Assembly (NCBI GenBank): GCA_913052565.1
Contig: CAJXFH010000004.1
Span: 1-51,410, forward strand
Source: an uncultured Gammaproteobacteria bacterium
GTDB taxonomy: Bacteria > Pseudomonadota > Gammaproteobacteria > Magnimaribacterales > TMED112
Length of the DNA stretch: 51,410 nucleotides
Direction: 5' to 3'
The notes below the pieces were generated by a model. The model did not search any database and was not told the DNA's origin. It saw nothing but the letters and a program-made list of their open reading frames with translations. This document shows, piece after piece, positions 50,133 through 51,410 of the stretch. Each line of letters opens with the position of its first letter. Position 1 is the first letter of the stretch. Made by a program: the position numbers and the translations under genes.

Positions 50133-51270
50133 GACTAACCTTTATATGGACATTATAACTAATAAGAATTTCTGGTTTAGTACTATTTTAAAACTAGCAT
50201 TCACTTTAATATTTTGTAGCTTCATTACAAGTCATGCTAACGATAAGCCTTATTACAACTATGATGCGATTCCTTACGTAGCAGCAGCAAAGCTAATTCA
50301 AAACGATAACATAGAAGAATCTCACAAATACGCATATCAGCTATTGAAGGAGAAAGCACCCCAATTCTATAATGGCCTTTGTTGCTCAAGTTCTTACAGG
50401 AAATCAATGTCCAGTGATTTTGAGGCTTTTGAGTCTCATTTGCCTGCATATCAAATTAAATCTTTGTATGTAAACCTTATAAGACTAACCAGTGATGTCT
50501 TAAATGTTGATGAATTTAGAGCTATAAATTTAATATCTCTCAGTTCTGTTATAGGAATAGTTTTAATATTTGTAGGCTTCTTTTTTCATCTAAATATTTT
50601 TGCATTCCTATCAATTTTTGGTGTTCTAATTCTTTCTCAAGTGCTACATCTCTCAAGATTGATGACACCAGATGCTTTATCTAGTTTTATATTCTTGTCT
50701 TCAGTTATAGCAATTATCAAGAACAAACAATATTTGGGTTTCAGTTTAATTTTCGCGGCTTTATTAATTAGGCCTAGCAATATAGTTTATGCAGGATTAA
50801 TACCATTATTCTTAGCGAAGGATAAGAAATATATTAGTTTTCTAGTTGTCTCCTGCATTTCTCTTTTAATTTATTTTTTAAATTCTAAATTAGTAGATGG
50901 GTTGGGATGGTGGAAAAGTTTTCACTCAAGCTTGATAGGCATGCCAACAACTTTTATTGGCTATGCACCTGAATTTAGTCTTGACCAATATTTCAATTCT
51001 CTAAACTACTGGTTTTTCTGGGTTCTAGCAGACTGGAACTATAATAGGTGGTTGGCAATAACAGCTATTTTTGTTTTTTCAGGACTCTATTTAATGCAAA
51101 AAGAAAAGGGCTATTTAAAAAATGAAATTTTAATCTTTACATCTTTATCTATAGGTGTAGTAATAAGTTTCATGCTTTTCCCAATTGCAGATCATAGGAT
51201 CTATACCAGTGGCTTAATACCTGCAACATTTTTATTCACGAATTTCTTGCTACAACCTTCTAAAAATTAA
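50131..51270 (+). CDS. Polytopic membrane protein, possibly the glycosyl-acceptor transferase partner (GtrC/ArnT-like role) of the adjacent GT2/GtrA pair
   Basis: It is 379 aa with about 9-10 hydrophobic segments and is divergent from the GT2 gene. Function is inferred from context only. An alternative start is the ATG at 50146. Confidence 0.45.
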   Translation: MTNLYMDIITNKNFWFSTILKLAFTLIFCSFITSHANDKPYYNYDAIPYVAAAKLIQNDNIEESHKYAYQLLKEKAPQFYNGLCCSSSYRKSMSSDFEAFESHLPAYQIKSLYVNLIRLTSDVLNVDEFRAINLISLSSVIGIVLIFVGFFFHLNIFAFLSIFGVLILSQVLHLSRLMTPDALSSFIFLSSVIAIIKNKQYLGFSLIFAALLIRPSNIVYAGLIPLFLAKDKKYISFLVVSCISLLIYFLNSKLVDGLGWWKSFHSSLIGMPTTFIGYAPEFSLDQYFNSLNYWFFWVLADWNYNRWLAITAIFVFSGLYLMQKEKGYLKNEILIFTSLSIGVVISFMLFPIADHRIYTSGLIPATFLFTNFLLQPSKN

Positions 51271-51306
51271 TGAAATTTTGATCAGAAAAATGTATCTTTA
51301 GAACAC

Positions 51307-51410
51307 ATGAAAAAAATTCTACTTTTACTAACTTTTTTAGCATTTTTTAGGATTTCAGCTGATGATCATGAGTATGGCTGGGTTCAAGACATTGTTGGCA
51401 TAGATGAAAA
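51307..51410 (+). CDS. Secreted protein, 3'-truncated by the window edge (hypothetical)
   Basis: ATG at 51307 gives MKKILLLLTFLAFFRISADDHEYGWVQDIVGIDE..., with a signal peptide. The frame is open to the window end. Confidence 0.4.
   Translation, partial: MKKILLLLTFLAFFRISADDHEYGWVQDIVGIDE

Overview
This is a visibly AT-rich (roughly one-third G+C by eye) and very gene-dense chromosomal segment. The smc-zipA-ligA synteny and a System I ccm operon point to a genome-streamlined marine gammaproteobacterium; a SAR86-like origin is a guess, not a result. I support about 55 protein-coding genes, including one unannotated ccmD and two edge-truncated ORFs, plus two tRNAs (Leu-UAG, Val-GAC). I saw no rRNA, CRISPR array, transposase, integrase or phage genes. 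Content is mostly core metabolism and housekeeping: pdxH, pyk, kbl-tdh, ccmABCDEFGH, smc, zipA, ligA, putA, an indolepyruvate:ferredoxin oxidoreductase and pseudoazurin. Accessory-looking hydrolases are interspersed: two tandem beta-lactamase-family serine hydrolases, an alkylsulfatase, a DhlA-like haloalkane dehalogenase, MBL hydrolases, an M16C peptidase and a large secreted Zn-metalloprotease. There is also a small envelope-glycosylation cluster of GT2, GtrA and a polytopic membrane protein. I found no convincing multi-gene novel system such as a defence island. The most unusual signals are: (1) six exact plus one degenerate direct copies of TTTGAACACT in the longest intergenic region (48638-48836); (2) an intact but roughly 40% shortened SMC that appears to lack a hinge domain; (3) extreme compaction, with twelve consecutive genes with no intergenic base and eight of nine convergent gene pairs overlapping at their stops; (4) divergent genes whose start codons overlap in a CATG; (5) a tightly coupled LysR-ACAD-DUF1330-membrane-MBL cluster with palindromic candidate operators. 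All family calls come from motif recognition by eye. No database search was run.
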